Source of the DNA: the human T2T-CHM13v2.0 reference genome, Homo sapiens
Direction: 5' to 3' (one strand)
Assembly (NCBI RefSeq): GCF_009914755.1
Contig: NC_060933.1
DNA length: 64,000 bases
Part shown: one piece after another, positions 27,390 to 41,409 of the stretch
How positions within the stretch are numbered: position 1 is the first letter of the stretch
Layout: each line of letters starts with the position of its first letter
Notes under the pieces: generated by a model
What the model was told of the DNA's origin: nothing
The model's database searches: none
Seen by the model: only the letters and a program-made list of their open reading frames with translations
Translations under genes and position numbers: made by a program

Positions 27390-28699
27390 CTGAAGGGAGG
27401 GAGGGAGAGAGACAGAAGAAGTGAGGGATGGAGGGAGAGAGGAAAGAAGAAAGGAAGAACAAAAAAAGAAAGAAAAAGTTAGGAAGAAAGGAAGGAAGGA
27501 GGAAAGGAGGAAGGGAAAGAGAAAGGAAGAAAGGAAAAAGTAACAGAGAAAGAGAAAGAGGAAAGGAAAGGGAAAGGAAAGGAAGAAATAGAGGTTATAA
27601 TTTGATTCAGCCTTCTTAAAAATTTATTCTCCATCTTATTTTATAATTTGTATATGAAGAAATTACGAACCAGGCAAGTTAGGATTTACATGAACTACTC
27701 AGAGTTGAACAGTTGTTTACTTTATGTGGGTTTTCTGCTAAAGAATAACAAGCCACTTGCATATTAAAATAAAAAGTCTAAGAGTCATTAACAGAACTGC
27801 ACAGGCATAAAAATAAGAATGTTCCCCTGCTCCCCTAAACCAGCTGAAAGGCTGTTTAGATTTTTGCTCACTCATAGAACAATCATACAACAAAACAAAA
27901 CAAAAATGAGGGCCAGAGCCAGGAATCCCATGAGATTTCCTGTGACTTAAGTCCTGACATTAATGAGAGCATGAGACTGCTGCTTCGTGACTGCCAGTGG
28001 CTCGTTATCACCAAGATAAAGGCTGACAAAGTATAGTAAGAGAAAGTTTGTTCTCTATTACAATCTGTATTTGAAAGATTCAGAACAACAAACGCAATAA
28101 GGGGGAAGTGCACTGTGTATGTTTTACTTGCTTTCTATTGCATCATTAGTTTTGACAATTTACTCTGACATCTTGTAATTCTGATCATTTTTATTCTGAT
28201 AAAATATGAAAACTCAATCGTCAGGCAAAAATTTCAACATGTTTCATAGAATACTTTTGCAAATGAGGTAAAAGTGCACACCTTCACTGTAGTTAGTTGA
28301 TGAAAAAAAAGGTCTGGTTCCTTACCAATTGCTTTCCCCTCAGTGTCAACATGCACAACGACCAAAACTGGCTGACATTAGAGAAGTTACTAAGAATTCA
28401 CAGGTGCCTACCTCTGAAGGCTGCTAGCTGCAAAAACAAATTCTTAAGACAAGCTAGAACTTATCCTTTTTCCTTTAAATGTGATAGCATATCATTATAA
28501 ATCAGGTATTAGGAGAGCCTTCTAAACAAATAAATGTATGGATTTTTTTTTAACAGGCATATGAAAACATGCTAAGATTAGTTATTTAAAAACCAGGCAA
28601 CTCCAGTGCAAAGTGATATTTAATAAACCACATGCTCCTTTTTTTTAGGATCTATTTCAAAATCTATCAAGTTTTCTGAGTGGCAAAATGATTTTATCC

Positions 28700-29785
28700 T
28701 TGGTTTTTCTCTTCAATTCTTATAATTGTAACAAAAAACACATAACTTACAATATACTATCTTAACCATTTTTAGGTATACAATTCAGTGGTATCATGTA
28801 CATTCACATAGTTGTACAATCATCACCACCATCCATCTCCAGAATTCTGCATCTTGCAAAACTTATTTTATGTATTAAACAAGAAATCACCATTTCCCCT
28901 TCCTGCCAACCACCATTCTGCTCTCTGTGTCTGATTTCAACAACTCTAGGTACCTCATATAAGTTGTTGCATAAACCATAATTACCTTCCTTTTTGTAGC
29001 CAAATAATATCCATCATACGTAGATGCCACATTTGGCTTATCCATTCATCTGTTGGTGGACACATGGGTTGTTCAAACATTTTATCTATTGTAAATGATG
29101 CTGCTATGAACACGGGTATACAAATATTCTTCAAGATCTTGCTTCTCATTATTTTGTGGTATGTACCCAGAAGGGATATTGCTGGATAACTGGTAAATCT
29201 ATCTTTAAGTCTTTGAAGAATCACCGCATTGTTTTCCACAGTGGCTGTGCCATTTTAAATCCCATTAACAGTGTACAAAGTTTCAAATTTCTTCAAGTTC
29301 TTGCCAAAACTTGTTATTTTTTTATTAAAAATATTGATTTCAATAGCTTTAGGGGTACAAGTGGATTTTGGTTACATGGATGAATTGTATAATGGTGAAG
29401 TCTGGGATTTTAGTGTACCCATTACCTGAGTAGTGTTATTTGTACCCAACAAGTAGTTTTTCATCTCTCAGCCCACTTCTCCCTCCCCTCTTCTGATTCT
29501 CCAGTGTTCACTACATTATACTACTTTGTCTGCCTTTGCATACTCATAGCTTAGCTCCCACTTGTAAGTGAAAAAAAAAAAAAAAAAAAAAACCTTGTTA
29601 ATTTGTTTCTTTAAAAAGCAGTTTAGTGGTGGGGTGGTATCTCATTGTGGTTTGAATTTGCATTTCTCTAATGATTTATGATTTTGAGCATCTTTTCATG
29701 CTTAATGATTAATTGGCCATCTGTATATGTTCTTTTAAAATATCTATTCAAATCCTTTGCCCATTTGTGAATAGGGTTGTTTATC
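28700..29785 (-). mobile_element. L1MB-type fragment interrupted by an L1PB
   Basis: Antisense 3' UTR 'atcttaaccatttttagg..tacaattcagtggtat...ccatctccagaa'; continues after 29600 with 'gtggtatctcattgtggtttgaatttgcatttctc'. Confidence 0.85.
29316..29570 (-). mobile_element. L1PB-type 3' end fragment nested in the L1MB
   Basis: 'tttcaatagctttaggggtacaagtgg..tttggttacatggatgaattgtat...catagcttagctcccacttgtaagtg'; approximate TSD aaaacttgttattt/aaaccttgttaattt. Confidence 0.85.
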
Positions 29786-29786
29786 T

Positions 29787-30050
29787 GAAAGCCCAAGCCA
29801 GGGCAATTAGGCAAAAACATAAAATAAAAATTAAAAAACATGCAAATTGAAAAGGGAGACGTAAAATTATTCCTGTTTGCAGATGATAGGATCTTACATG
29901 CAGAAAACTCTAAAGTTTCTTCCCAAATCTGATAGAACTAGTAAATGAATTCAGCAAAATAGCAAGACACAAAATCAGAACACAAAAATAAGTTGCATTT
30001 CTATAGTACTAATTATAAATCTGAAAATAAAATTAAGAAAATAGCTCCTT
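29787..30050 (+). mobile_element. L1 ORF2 (RT-region) fragment in the opposite orientation
   Basis: 'gcaattaggcaa...ctgtttgcagatgataggatcttacatgcagaaaac' (decayed FADDM motif). Confidence 0.8.
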
Positions 30051-30194
30051 GGATTTTTAAGAGTTTTTATTAAATATATTTGGTAGCAAAAAAGAGGCAA
30101 TAGCAATGACATAAAATATGCATTTAAAATTTAGATTTTCATTAAGAAATCTAAATTTCATAATAAAATTTTAACTCACCTTAAATGATAAGTT

Positions 30195-30649
30195 CACTTT
30201 ACCCTTGAGCAATATAGGTTTAAATTGCCTTGGTCTAACTTTATGCAGATTTTGTTCCACCTCCTCTGCCTCTGTCATCCCTGAGACAGCAAGACTAACT
30301 CCTCCTCATACTCCTCCTTCTGAGCCTACTCAGTGTGAAGATGATAAGGGTAAAGATCTTCATGATGATTCAATTCTACTTAATGAATAGTAAATACATT
30401 TTCTCTTCCTTATGATTTTCTTAAAATATTTCTTTTTTCTTGCTTACTTTATTGTAAGAATATAGTATGTAATACACATAGCATACAGTATATGTGTTAA
30501 TCTACTGTTTATGTTATTAATAAGCCTTCCAGATAACAGTGGGCTATTAGTAGTTAAGTTCTGGAGGAGTCAAAATTAAATGCAGATTTTCGACTGTGCA
30601 GGGAATAAATAACCCTAACCCCCACCCCATATTGTTTAAGGGTCATCTG
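30195..30649 (+). mobile_element. Tigger2a (TcMar-Tigger) DNA transposon
   Basis: TIR-like ends 'cactttacccttgagcaa'...'ttgtttaagggtcatctg'; internal 'ctgagacagcaagactaac...cagtgtgaagatgat'. Confidence 0.85.
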
Positions 30650-32639
30650 AAAACAGAATAATTTAATTTTGGATATGCTAGGGTTTATCTATCATTTAAG
30701 CTTTCATTTTGTGGTTGGGAAAGTGACTTGCCTAAGTTTTCACATGTAGGTCTTTATTCATATTGTATGCTACCTGTTCCTCCTTTCCCCATAAAATAAA
30801 CACACACACATGTAACCACATGCAAACGTAATTAAAGAAAAGTGATATGCGAACTCTATAGGCTTAAAATGCTTTCCCTCCAACTTCTCCCTCTCAGTAG
30901 CTCTGTGGTAATGAACAAATCACTGAGCTCTCTGGGCTTAATTTTCTTCATCTGAAGAAAAAAGAAATGGAAGAGACTCTTACTGTCATCTTCTTGGCAC
31001 AGGGTACCACAATGGCTTTCCAGCTGTGCTCCATTATGCTGAAGGGTTCAACAGATTACTTCTGGGACTATGCTGAGGGCTGAGATGTGGGAGTGGTAGG
31101 GGTGGCACCTGCTGTGCAGGTGGAGCTTAGACTGATCCTTTCTGCTTCACATATACTTCAAACGGAGGCTATGCTTTGTCTGTGTTATAAATTAATACTT
31201 GATTATAAGATATATTTGAAGCCAGGATTCTGTTACTAATGTTAATTATTATGATGATCAAACAGACTGGTGCTTTGAAGAGAGGCTGTAAAAATATAAG
31301 CAGTATTAATATTATTAAATCAATTAGTATTAATTTATAATTATTATTTAATTCCCATATTAATAGCATTTCTTAAGTGAATCACAAAATTGCCTCCCCT
31401 GTGACATATATTTGCACTGAATCAGAGTTGTACATAAGCAAAGCAGCAGCTTGTTTTTTAAAAAATATTTTTGACAAGTAAGTGAAAGAGACAGGCTCCA
31501 TAAGCTTTCTACCCCAGGGCTTCCTATTCTAGGCTTCTAGCTATCAAAATAAAAAATAATAAGACTTTCAGAACTTTATTTGTTACTGTTTTGGGAGTCA
31601 GAAGGTCCCTGAATTTTTAGGATTTTATTTCGTTCCACAGTCCATGAAGTTGTCTATTTCATCATTATTTTGTTCTAGCCCTTGAAGCAGGTAGAAATCC
31701 ATACACAAGGCTATTGATGAGCTGAGAAAGTACATATATGTAAATATATAAAATATATTTTGTTAAATACACATAAATGGATAAACAAATTTTAACACAT
31801 ATTTTCCCTCACCATGTGCTTGCAAGTCTTCAAAACCTGCTGCAAAAAGAAGAGAGCATTGAGGGGCTGATATTTGCCAATCATTTTCTAAATCATGAAC
31901 TGTTTTAGAAGGAGATTAGAGAAAATATACCTTACCAACTGTGTATTTAATATTCAAAGTTCCAACTATTTGTTTAAAACCTTTAGAGTCCCCGAAACTA
32001 ATAACATGCTGGACTGTTAAAATATAAATTTGAATCATCTTCTGATGGGGGTGGGAGACACTTTTGAAGGGTATTAATGAGCCATTTATTAATGAGTGCA
32101 CCAAGCTGATTGCCCTACAGCCTCCCCTCAACTGGGCTTCATTGTTCTGTGTTTTTGCCACAGTAATGATGGATATTTGTTTTACAGAAAGTGATGGTTT
32201 TGTACAAATAATATATCCTCAGGAGATCATTCAAGATAGGCATTAAGATTTTGTGAGTGAAAATTCTTGAAAAGTTGTTTATTATAGTAGAGCACTGAAA
32301 ACAAGTCCAGAGTTAAAAAAATAAGGGGTTATTTAAATAAACATATAGTATATCTAAGCAGTAAAATTTTGTGTCTAAAAGATAACATTGTAGAAAATTA
32401 TTTAATGGTATGTGGTCATTAATTATACTGTTAAGTGACAATAATCAGAACACATATAAAAAAAGAGAAAAACAGAGAGCAGAAAAGGAATAGAAGGACA
32501 TGCACCAAAATCACTGATAATGACAAATTCTTCGACATGCATTTAGAATATTAATCAATTCACGTGCTAGTTCCTTCTATTTTTAGTTAAAAAAAGTTCA
32601 CTCCCATAATGCAGTAGAATGGATAGGAAACTATCAAAT

Positions 32640-33255
32640 CCCTGTCTCAGTAACTCCAGGACCTTGGGTCTTTCTCTTAGCTCCCTCTCCAGCCTGTCTA
32701 CTTCCACTTCTGACACAGTCAAAATGTTTTTGATGACAACAGGCAGGATAATATATTTTAAATGACGTCTGGATGTTAATACTTTCCAAAATGATCAATG
32801 GCATCCCATTATATTGACAATAAATCCTAAACTCTTTACTGCAGCGTGCAAGGTCCTGCATGAAATGGCCCTTCTAACTGCTACCTCATTCTGAGATGCT
32901 CTTGCTGGAGCTCACTTGGCTCCTATCTTCCGATCTTTTCTCCAATTCAGGTTCTCTGAATGCACTACCATTTTCCTGGAAGTATTCTTCCATTTGTTTA
33001 TCCATGAGGACCCAGTTTAAATATAATCTCAAATACACTCACAACCTTAGCTAAGGGAGGCCATGCTGTATCTTGTAACACTTTCTATAACAGCACCTTA
33101 GTTTTTAATTATTTTATTTGTCCATCCGTACCTTTACAGAAAAAGTGTTATACTATATGTTCCATGAGAGCTGTAATCCTGTTTTACAAGCAATTATTAT
33201 ATAGTGGCTGGCACATAGTAAGTGCTAAAAAAAGTTACATAAATGCATGGATGAA
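32640..33255 (+). mobile_element. L2 3' fragment
   Basis: 'caatggcatcccatt...aataaatcctaaactc...aaggtcctgcatga' through 'gctggcacatagtaagtgct'. Confidence 0.7.
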
Positions 33256-34959
33256 AATAATATCTTTTTAGTATATTTATATGAACTGCAGTTGTGATCT
33301 CTGTTATATTCAGAAAGATCAACAAGTGTTTAACACTATTCAGTTTAGATTTTTGCAGGATACAATACACCTTATTAAACCAAAGACTTGAACAAAATTA
33401 TTTCCATTTATCTGCTCAACTTTTCATTTGTATAAAAAAACTGTAAAGATTGAGGATTTTTATGTTTTTTGATTACTTTATCAAAATCTTAGGCAAAATT
33501 GCTCATTATACCACTATCACATGTGACAGGAGTAGCTATAGCAGATATGTAAACAATCTGCTTTCTCTGACCACACAAGTAAAGCCAGAAAATTATACTC
33601 TTTTCATAAAATTAAACATTTTCTGTTAAATAAATATACTTCATCACTATCCAGTTTAATTAAAGATGCTAGATTAATAAGCTTGGGTAGTAATCATTAT
33701 AATCAACAGCATTCCTTAAAAAGAACAGAATTGCTATGGTTTTCTCTCCTTTGTGATTCTTGAATTTAAAGCACTCACACACACAAAACTGATTTCTAAG
33801 AATATTTTGAACATCCACAATTTACTAAAGTGTGTCATCACCTCACTATCACTTAAAATAGATTTTTAAATTAAATTTGCTTCAAGAGATATTACCTTTT
33901 GTGAAGCATTAATTATTTTTAGAGAGAGATAGGGAAACTCAAGATTACAAAGTGTTCCAAATGAATTACAATGAGTGAATCCCTTCTATCCCAGCACACT
34001 CAGCTTCAAATCCCATGCAAGAGGCCCTCAAAATGTCTATCAAGAAAAAAATATGACATGTTATCTCCTCACTGTGAGTATCTTAGAAAAGGTCAGAACC
34101 TGTCTCAAAAGCAATGAACAGTGGAGTGTTTTCGTCCAGAGAGCTGCAGAGTATAAGAAGACGCTTTTATTAGGTTATATTTAAGCTGTTAATGTTAAGA
34201 TAAAGCCATACAATATAGGACAAAATCCTTTGTATTTTTTAATCTAATGTATACATTTTCCTTCCATACCTACTTAGATGAAGAATTGTACATATGTACC
34301 CAATTCTTTGTACTAATAAAAGAAATACATGGGCACACATATGCATTTATATACCCTTACAGCCCTTTAGAAATACACAATTTATTGCAAATATCAAGTA
34401 CATAAGTATGTAGATTGTAACTGACCTAGTGAATAAATCACTGTAGATGGAAACTATTGCAATATAGTAAGGAGTTCAGATAAAAAAAAAAGCTGATTCA
34501 GTTATATATTGCTGTGGAATTTATAAAAGAAGTCACTGGGGAAATGGTTAGTCTGTGAAGGACTCTGGCAAGGCCAACTTGTTTCTGGTTTTCAGGGACA
34601 TGAAATGGGCAGGGAGGAGAAGTTTAAACCAAGCCCTATTAGGAATGGCTGCAGTTCAGTGGTGTTCAGTCCCATACTTTTCCTTTAAAGACATTATGAA
34701 AGCCAACACAGTCCTAGGTGCTACATTTAAATGTCATAATGAATAAAATCAAAGCAGATCACTTTAACATATTTTATTTGTTATTTATCCAGTAATTATG
34801 ATAGTAATTATATTTTAAAATGTGGCATTGGCCTGAATAATAAGCATCTGATAAGTCTGATAATATAGAAATAATACACTACATAATTATTAGGAGATAA
34901 TTATTCCATAAGGTTAGAAAAATTTCCCTTAATTATGTAATACATAGTTTTGGTTCCCT

Positions 34960-35310
34960 GCAGAAACATCAGGTTGCTATTTCACTTTACGTGATGAACT
35001 CTTATAGAACTCTCACAATCCTTCTCAAATGTGGTCTCCTTCAAGAAGACATCCCTAACAAAATGCCATTCCTACTTTCAATAGTGTGTCATTACCTTGT
35101 GTGCAATATCTGTGTACCATGTATAACTTTTTATTGTTACTCATGTCATACTATTAGGTTGTTTACATGCTTGTTGGATCTACTAAACTGTGAGTATCTT
35201 GAAAGTAAAGACTCAGTTGTATTCATCTCCATATCCCTCATCCTGCAGAAAAATATATAGCAAAAGGTAGGTTCTGAATGGATTTTTATGAGTGAACTAA
35301 TCAATGAATT
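34960..35310 (+). mobile_element. L2 3' fragment
   Basis: 'ctactaaactgtgagtatcttgaaagtaaagact...ttcatctccatatcccc...aatgaa'. Confidence 0.6.
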
Positions 35311-35662
35311 TGTGGCCATCTTCTCAGAAAACTCTAATCATTAACTCCTTGGGTGGTAAGAAAGGGGACTGAACTATCATTCTTAGACTTGAAGCACTAA
35401 AAACTAAATTGAACCACAATTTAAGGAAGTCTAAGAGAGGTTCCATTTTTTCCCCCAGTGGATAACTACTATTTTTAATGAACAGAGATCAAACTCCTTC
35501 AACAATTTATTTAGACTTCCTAATTTTCTGGTGTCATGAGCATATGATTAGTGTTCTTGTTCAGTAAGAAAGCACTGAATATTTAAGAATCCAAAAATTA
35601 CAAGGACCTAGAATAAGTCCTAACTCTGCCATTTATTACTTATGTAATGTTAGGCCATGTAC

Positions 35663-35962
35663 TTTTTTTTTTTTTTTTTTTTGAGATGGGGTTTCGCTCT
35701 GTAGCCCAGGCTGGAGTGCAGTGGCACAATCTTGGCTCACTGCAACCTCTGTCTCCCACGTTCAAGACATTCTCCTGCCTCAGCCTCCTGAGTCACTAGG
35801 ATTACAGGCACCCACGACCACGCCAGGCTAATTTTTGCATTTTTAGCAGAGATGGGGTTTCACCATCTTGGCCAGGCTGGTCTCGAACTCCTGATCTCGT
35901 GATCTGCCCGCCTGTGCCTCCCAAAGTTTTGGGATTACGGGTGTGAGCCACCGTGCCCAGAC
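35663..35962 (-). mobile_element. Alu (AluSg-like) inserted in a MIR (~35560-36110)
   Basis: T20 tail; 'caccatcttggccaggctggtctcgaactcctgatctcgtgatc'; MIR resumes at 'ttctcatctgtaaaatggataag'. Confidence 0.95.
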
Positions 35963-37760
35963 GGCAATTTACATTTATACCTAAGGGTCAGTTGCCTTAT
36001 TTTCTCATCTGTAAAATGGATAAGATTAATCTCTTAAAGTAAATGGCAAGATTAAAAGAGACCATTTAGATTGGGGGCTTAGCATATAGGAAGCATTTAA
36101 TAAATGCAAATGATCAGAGGCTGCAGCCTCTTGATTATAAGGGAACTTTCTTGATTACAAGGAAATTTTTGATTGCAAAAGGAAATGTCTGTGCTGTTTC
36201 AACATTTAACATAATCTTTAATATGGTTTGAGGTAGCCTTTATATCAAGTTAAAAACTGTCTTTGAAAATGTGGAATGAATATTGTTGATTTCAACAAAT
36301 GTGTTTTTAGTACCAATCAAAATATTCATACACATTTTTCCTCCTTTGATCTATAACATGATCAATTACTGAAGTCATTTTCTAATTTTGATCAGTCCAG
36401 AGTAAGTCCAGAGTAACATTTCCAGAGTAAATCCCTCATAATTAAAGCATATTATTATTTTACTAAACTGCAGAATTAATATGTCATATATTTTTTTCTC
36501 CTTTGTAGTCTTTTATGTTACTTTTATAGTTCGTGTTGTTTTACTGTCAGATTTAGGCTAACTTAAGGAAATGAATAGGGATGTTTCCATCATTTTTTCC
36601 GATCAGCAAATAGTATAAAAGCTATTTGATCTTCCAGCTTTGCTTAGTTTTGAAAACTTCTTGAATTTTTGTTTTTTCTCAAATGTATATGCTGTGTAAA
36701 CAAAGAAAAACATTTATTGGATATTTATTGAGCAGTAGTTCACAAACATTATTTCATTTTTGCAATACTAATCTATATTTAGTAATACTATTGCCATTTT
36801 CCAGATGTGGAAATAGATTCAGAGGGGTTATTTGCTTAATGTAAGCTGTTGTATAAAGGTAAGACTGTTCATAAGCAAGTCTGACTCCATTAGTCCATCT
36901 TGTCCTTAAACATAGAAACGGAAGAAGAACAAGCCTGGCCAATACATTTCAATCTCCTATAAGAACAAAGAAACAAATGTGGAAATAGATTAAAAAAAAA
37001 AAGAAAAGAAAATATCACTTCTCTATTTTACAGTTCTGAAATAAAACATATTCAGCCAAAAATAAAAAAATCAGCCTTAAGACCAATGACATTCATAAAA
37101 TAATCCTTTGTTTTAAAATTTCTATTCTGAAGAATCTAAATTTGCAACATTGCCAATAATAGAAATACTACAAAAGAACAAAGTTATGTATAATTTTTAT
37201 CGGTAAATATAAATTTATTTTCAATTTTAAAAATATGGACTAAGAAATGGATTATAAAAAGTAATAAGTAAGGTGGCTGCCAATATAAAATGTTGGCAAA
37301 TTATAATTTTAAAAAGTGAGAAAATAATTGCATGGTAGAAAAATTGAATATAAAGAAAAAATAAAAGTCACCAACATCAAATGACACATTTGAATGTTTG
37401 GCAGTGCTGTAGTATATCAAAGTTAAGAAGGCCATTGCCTCAACTGAGGAAGAATAGAATTCATCTTTTTGTATAGTTTCTTAGAGTCCTAGTATTACAA
37501 GTTTGTGACTTCACAAAGGAAGTCTCATTGCCCAAAGAAAATTATAGCTCCAAAATATCCAAACATGGCAAAACGTAAAAATAAATCTGCATTTCCAAAT
37601 ACTCTAGAAGTAATATTTCTTACTGTAAAACTTATTTCTCCTTCAGGCATAAGCACTAAGTCTCTTCTTAATTACAAGGTCAATTTTAGAAAGCAGCAGG
37701 TGACATTTTCTTATTGATAATTAGCAATGCCATTTATAGTGAATAGAGGAACATTCCTTC

Positions 37761-37875
37761 ATGGTTATATAGTTTTTAATTTAAACTTGCTGGCTCACTA
37801 AAAGACTTGCTTCATCTATGGTTATAAAACTTTTAATTTAAACTTGCTGGCTCACTATAAAGATTCGCTTCATCT
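37761..37875. repeat. 57-bp tandem duplication (2 copies)
   Basis: atggttata..ttttaatttaaacttgctggctcacta.aaaga.t.gcttcatct starting at 37761 and 37818. Confidence 0.93.
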
Positions 37876-38479
37876 ATTGTACAAACACATTTTTTTCATA
37901 TATCACTTCCCATCTACCATATGCATACCATTGTTTGTAAGAAAGACAATAAGGCAGATCAAGGGGATTAATTTACAGCTATTGCTGGGGAGGGGCCAGG
38001 GATTTCTGTATAGATACAGGTCACAGGGCTGAACTATAGTACCATTTGTTCTCTATAAAAGTAATATGACCCATATTCAAAGAGAATAGGCATAAATTCT
38101 GCTAAAGTTCAGAAAATTTTTACCATCACTCCTTTCTTTCTCTGTGTCAAACCCATAGGTTTGCACAAAGTAAGATAGCCCTGTATCATAACATTTATGG
38201 AGAACTGACTTGGAATACCTTTTTCTGTATTCATCATTCTTTTGTGGCCATGTCGAGAGGGACTAGATTTTCCCATCAGGCATGTAAATTTCTCATGACT
38301 TAAGAAACGAATGCTGAAAAAATACTAAAAATACTAACCAAATTTCAAAGATTCTTGAAATGTTTAAAGAAAATAATATAGTTGGTGATTGTATAAATCA
38401 CTTAATAATAAACTATTTAATATCTCCCAAGGTAAATACTAAATGGCTTTCCTTTTGCCCAAATTGTCATGATCATTAT

Positions 38480-40602
38480 ACAGTAGAACAAAGAAACAAA
38501 AAAAATTCAAAGTTGTAGAACACAAAATTAACACAGTTGCATCTGTATACACTAAAAGGAAATTAAGAAAACAATTTAATTTATAATAGCATCAAGAACA
38601 AGAATAAACCTAATTAAGATGAATGACTTGTAACTAAAAACTACAAAACATTGCTGAAAAAAATAAAAAAGGACATCAATAAATGAAAAAACATTCTATT
38701 TTAATTAATCAGAAGGCTTAATATTGTTAAAATGTCAACACTGCCCAAAGCAATCTCCAGATTTAATGCAATACCTATAAAAAACCCAAAAGCATTTTTT
38801 TGCAGAAAAAAAAAAGCCATCCTAAAATTCATTTGGAATTTCAAGGGACAACAAATAGCCAAAAACGTCTTGAAAAAAAAAAAACAAAGTTAGAGGTCTC
38901 ACACTTTCTGATTTTAAAATGTAGTACCATCATTCCTTGGTAAACATGGGGGATTGGTTTCAGGACCAAGGGAGTACCAAAACTCACTCATACTCCAGTC
39001 CTGTGTTCAGCCCTGGAGAACCCACATATGTGAAAAGTCCACCTTCTAGATACAAGGATTTTACATTCCATGAACACCATCTGCATTTAATTGAAAAAAA
39101 TTCATACATAAGCGTACCACAGCTGATCAAACCCATGTTGCTCAAGGGTCAACTATACCAAGCTACAATAATCATGACAGTGTGGTCCTTGCATAAATAC
39201 AGGCATATAGACCAAAAAAATAGACAACTCAGAAATACCCCATCTCATATAAAACCAAATGATTTTCCACAAGAGCGACAAGACCATTCAATGGGAAAAG
39301 AACAATCTTTTCAACAAACTGGGAATACAGGATATCCACATGCAACAGAATGAAGATGGACCCTTACCTTACCTACACCATATATACATATTAATTCAAA
39401 ATGGATCAAAGACCTAAACATAAGAGCTGAAACTATAAAACTCTTTGAAGAAAACGTAGGGGTAAATCTTCAGGACATGGGATTTGGCAATGATTTCTTG
39501 GTTGTGACACCAAAACCAAAGACAAGAAAAGAAATGAAATAAAAAATGACAAATGGAATTCTATCAAAATTGAAATTGTGCATCAAATGACACTATCAAT
39601 AGAATAAAAAGGCAACCTACATAATGAGTGAAAATATTTTCAAATCATATATCTAAAAAGAGGTTAATATCCAGAATATATAAATAATTCCTACAACTCA
39701 ACAGCAACAACAAAACAACCTGATTTTTTGAAAGAATGGGTAAAGGACTTCAATAAAGGACTTAAAAAGAAGATGTGCAAATGGCCAACAATCACATGAA
39801 AAGATGCTAAACATCACAGTCATTAGTGGAAAGACAAATCAAAATGACAATGAGCTACCAACTAATACCCGCTAGGATGGCTACTATTAAAAAAGAAAGC
39901 AGAAAATAGTAAGTGTTTCTGGGGATGTAGATGAATTGAAAGGTTTGTATACAGTTAGTAGGGGTGTAAAATGGTACAGCTGCAATGCAAAATATATTAT
40001 GGGTCCACAAAAACTTAAAAACATAAATTCCACGTGATCTAGCAATTCTACTCTGAGTATATATGTGAAATAACTAAAAGCAAGATTTTGAAGAGACATT
40101 TGTATATCTATGTTTATAGCAGTATTATTTACAATAGCCAAAAGATGGATGTAGCCTATGTGGCCATTGGTAGATGAATACATTAATAAAATTTGGTACA
40201 CATATACAATGGAGGATTTTTCAGGAAAAATAAAAAGGAAGGAAATTCTGACATGTGCTATAACGTGGATAAACTTTGAAGACATCATGCTGAATAAAAT
40301 AAGCTAGTCACAAAAGGACAAATACCTTATAATTCCACTTATTATCAGGTACCTAGAATAGTCAAAATCATAGAGACAGAAAGAATGATGGTTGCCAGGG
40401 GCTGGGAGGAAGGAGGGATGGAAAGTTATTTGTTCATGGATACAGATTTCCAGTTTTGCAGGACGAAAAGAGTCCCAAAGGTTGATCGTGGTAATGGTTA
40501 AACAAAAATATGAATGTATTTAGTGCCACTAAACTATATACTTAAAAATGGTTAAGGTGGTAAATTTTATGTCATGTGTATTCCACCACAATTTTTTAAA
40601 AA
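38480..40602 (+). mobile_element. L1MB-type element (~2.1 kb, 3' half of ORF2 plus 3' UTR) interrupted by MER8
   Basis: 'aaactacaaaacattgctgaaa','ttaattcaaaatggatcaaagacctaaac','atggttgccaggggctggg','cttaaaaatggttaaggtggtaaattttatg'. Confidence 0.9.
38927..39155 (-). mobile_element. MER8 (Tigger-family MITE) with TA target duplication
   Basis: 'gggggattggtttcaggacc'...'aaacccatgttgctcaagggtcaact'; TA at 38925-38926 and 39156-39157; the L1 is collinear across it. Confidence 0.85.
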
Positions 40603-41409
40603 GTTTCCTTTTTTGAGTAAAGCTCGGAATGGAATATACAGTTAAATATTAAGAGAATGTCCTAAGACTACATGTCAGAACAGATCCCATCTTTGCCAAA
40701 TAATCCTGAGACACTCTAGGTCTAAGAAATAAGGGAAAAAAAGTTAAACAGTAAACAATTTAGAACTAGAATATTCAAGTTAATCATCAATAACCTAAAA
40801 CTTCAAAAAAGGAAATGAACCCATGAAACTGAATTATCAGTGAATGTCCTTTGTGGTTTCTCAGCCATGGTTAAAGAACTACATATGCATCTTTAAAAAT
40901 TAAATCAATTAAGGATGCTACCTGTCACTAAATTAGCTTACACTCTGTTCAGAATAAAATTTCCAGGGTGATTAGTGGCATGATTTATAACTCCCCATGG
41001 TAATTCTTAGAAAGGAAAAATCTTATAGTAGCTCTACATATGTATAAAATATTCCCATGTGAAGAAAACTGAATTTACTTCTACTCTATGTTTTATATAA
41101 ATATGAGCTGTTTTAGAGGACTAATCTCATTTAACCAAAATGTAAGTGCTTAATAGTGGTGCTTCTCGGGTTGGGTGAATAAGGTGTATAATATCTAAAT
41201 CTTTGTTCGTTTTCAAGATATAATTCAGAGAAATAGAATGATGGAGTGTTTTAAAATTATTATCTTTAAATGTGGTCTTCCAATAATTAATTTCAGAAAC
41301 AGCTACATCGACTGCCCTATTTCCTAAATCAGGTTTAAATAGAAAAATCATGAAGTGCCTCACTCAGAGGGTGTCTCTTTTTCCCAGATCTCTATCAATA
41401 GTGTTAAGA

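Noticed and set aside
38937-39353. 138-aa ORF
   Set aside because: Chance frame spanning MER8 and L1MB sequence, with a non-ATG start
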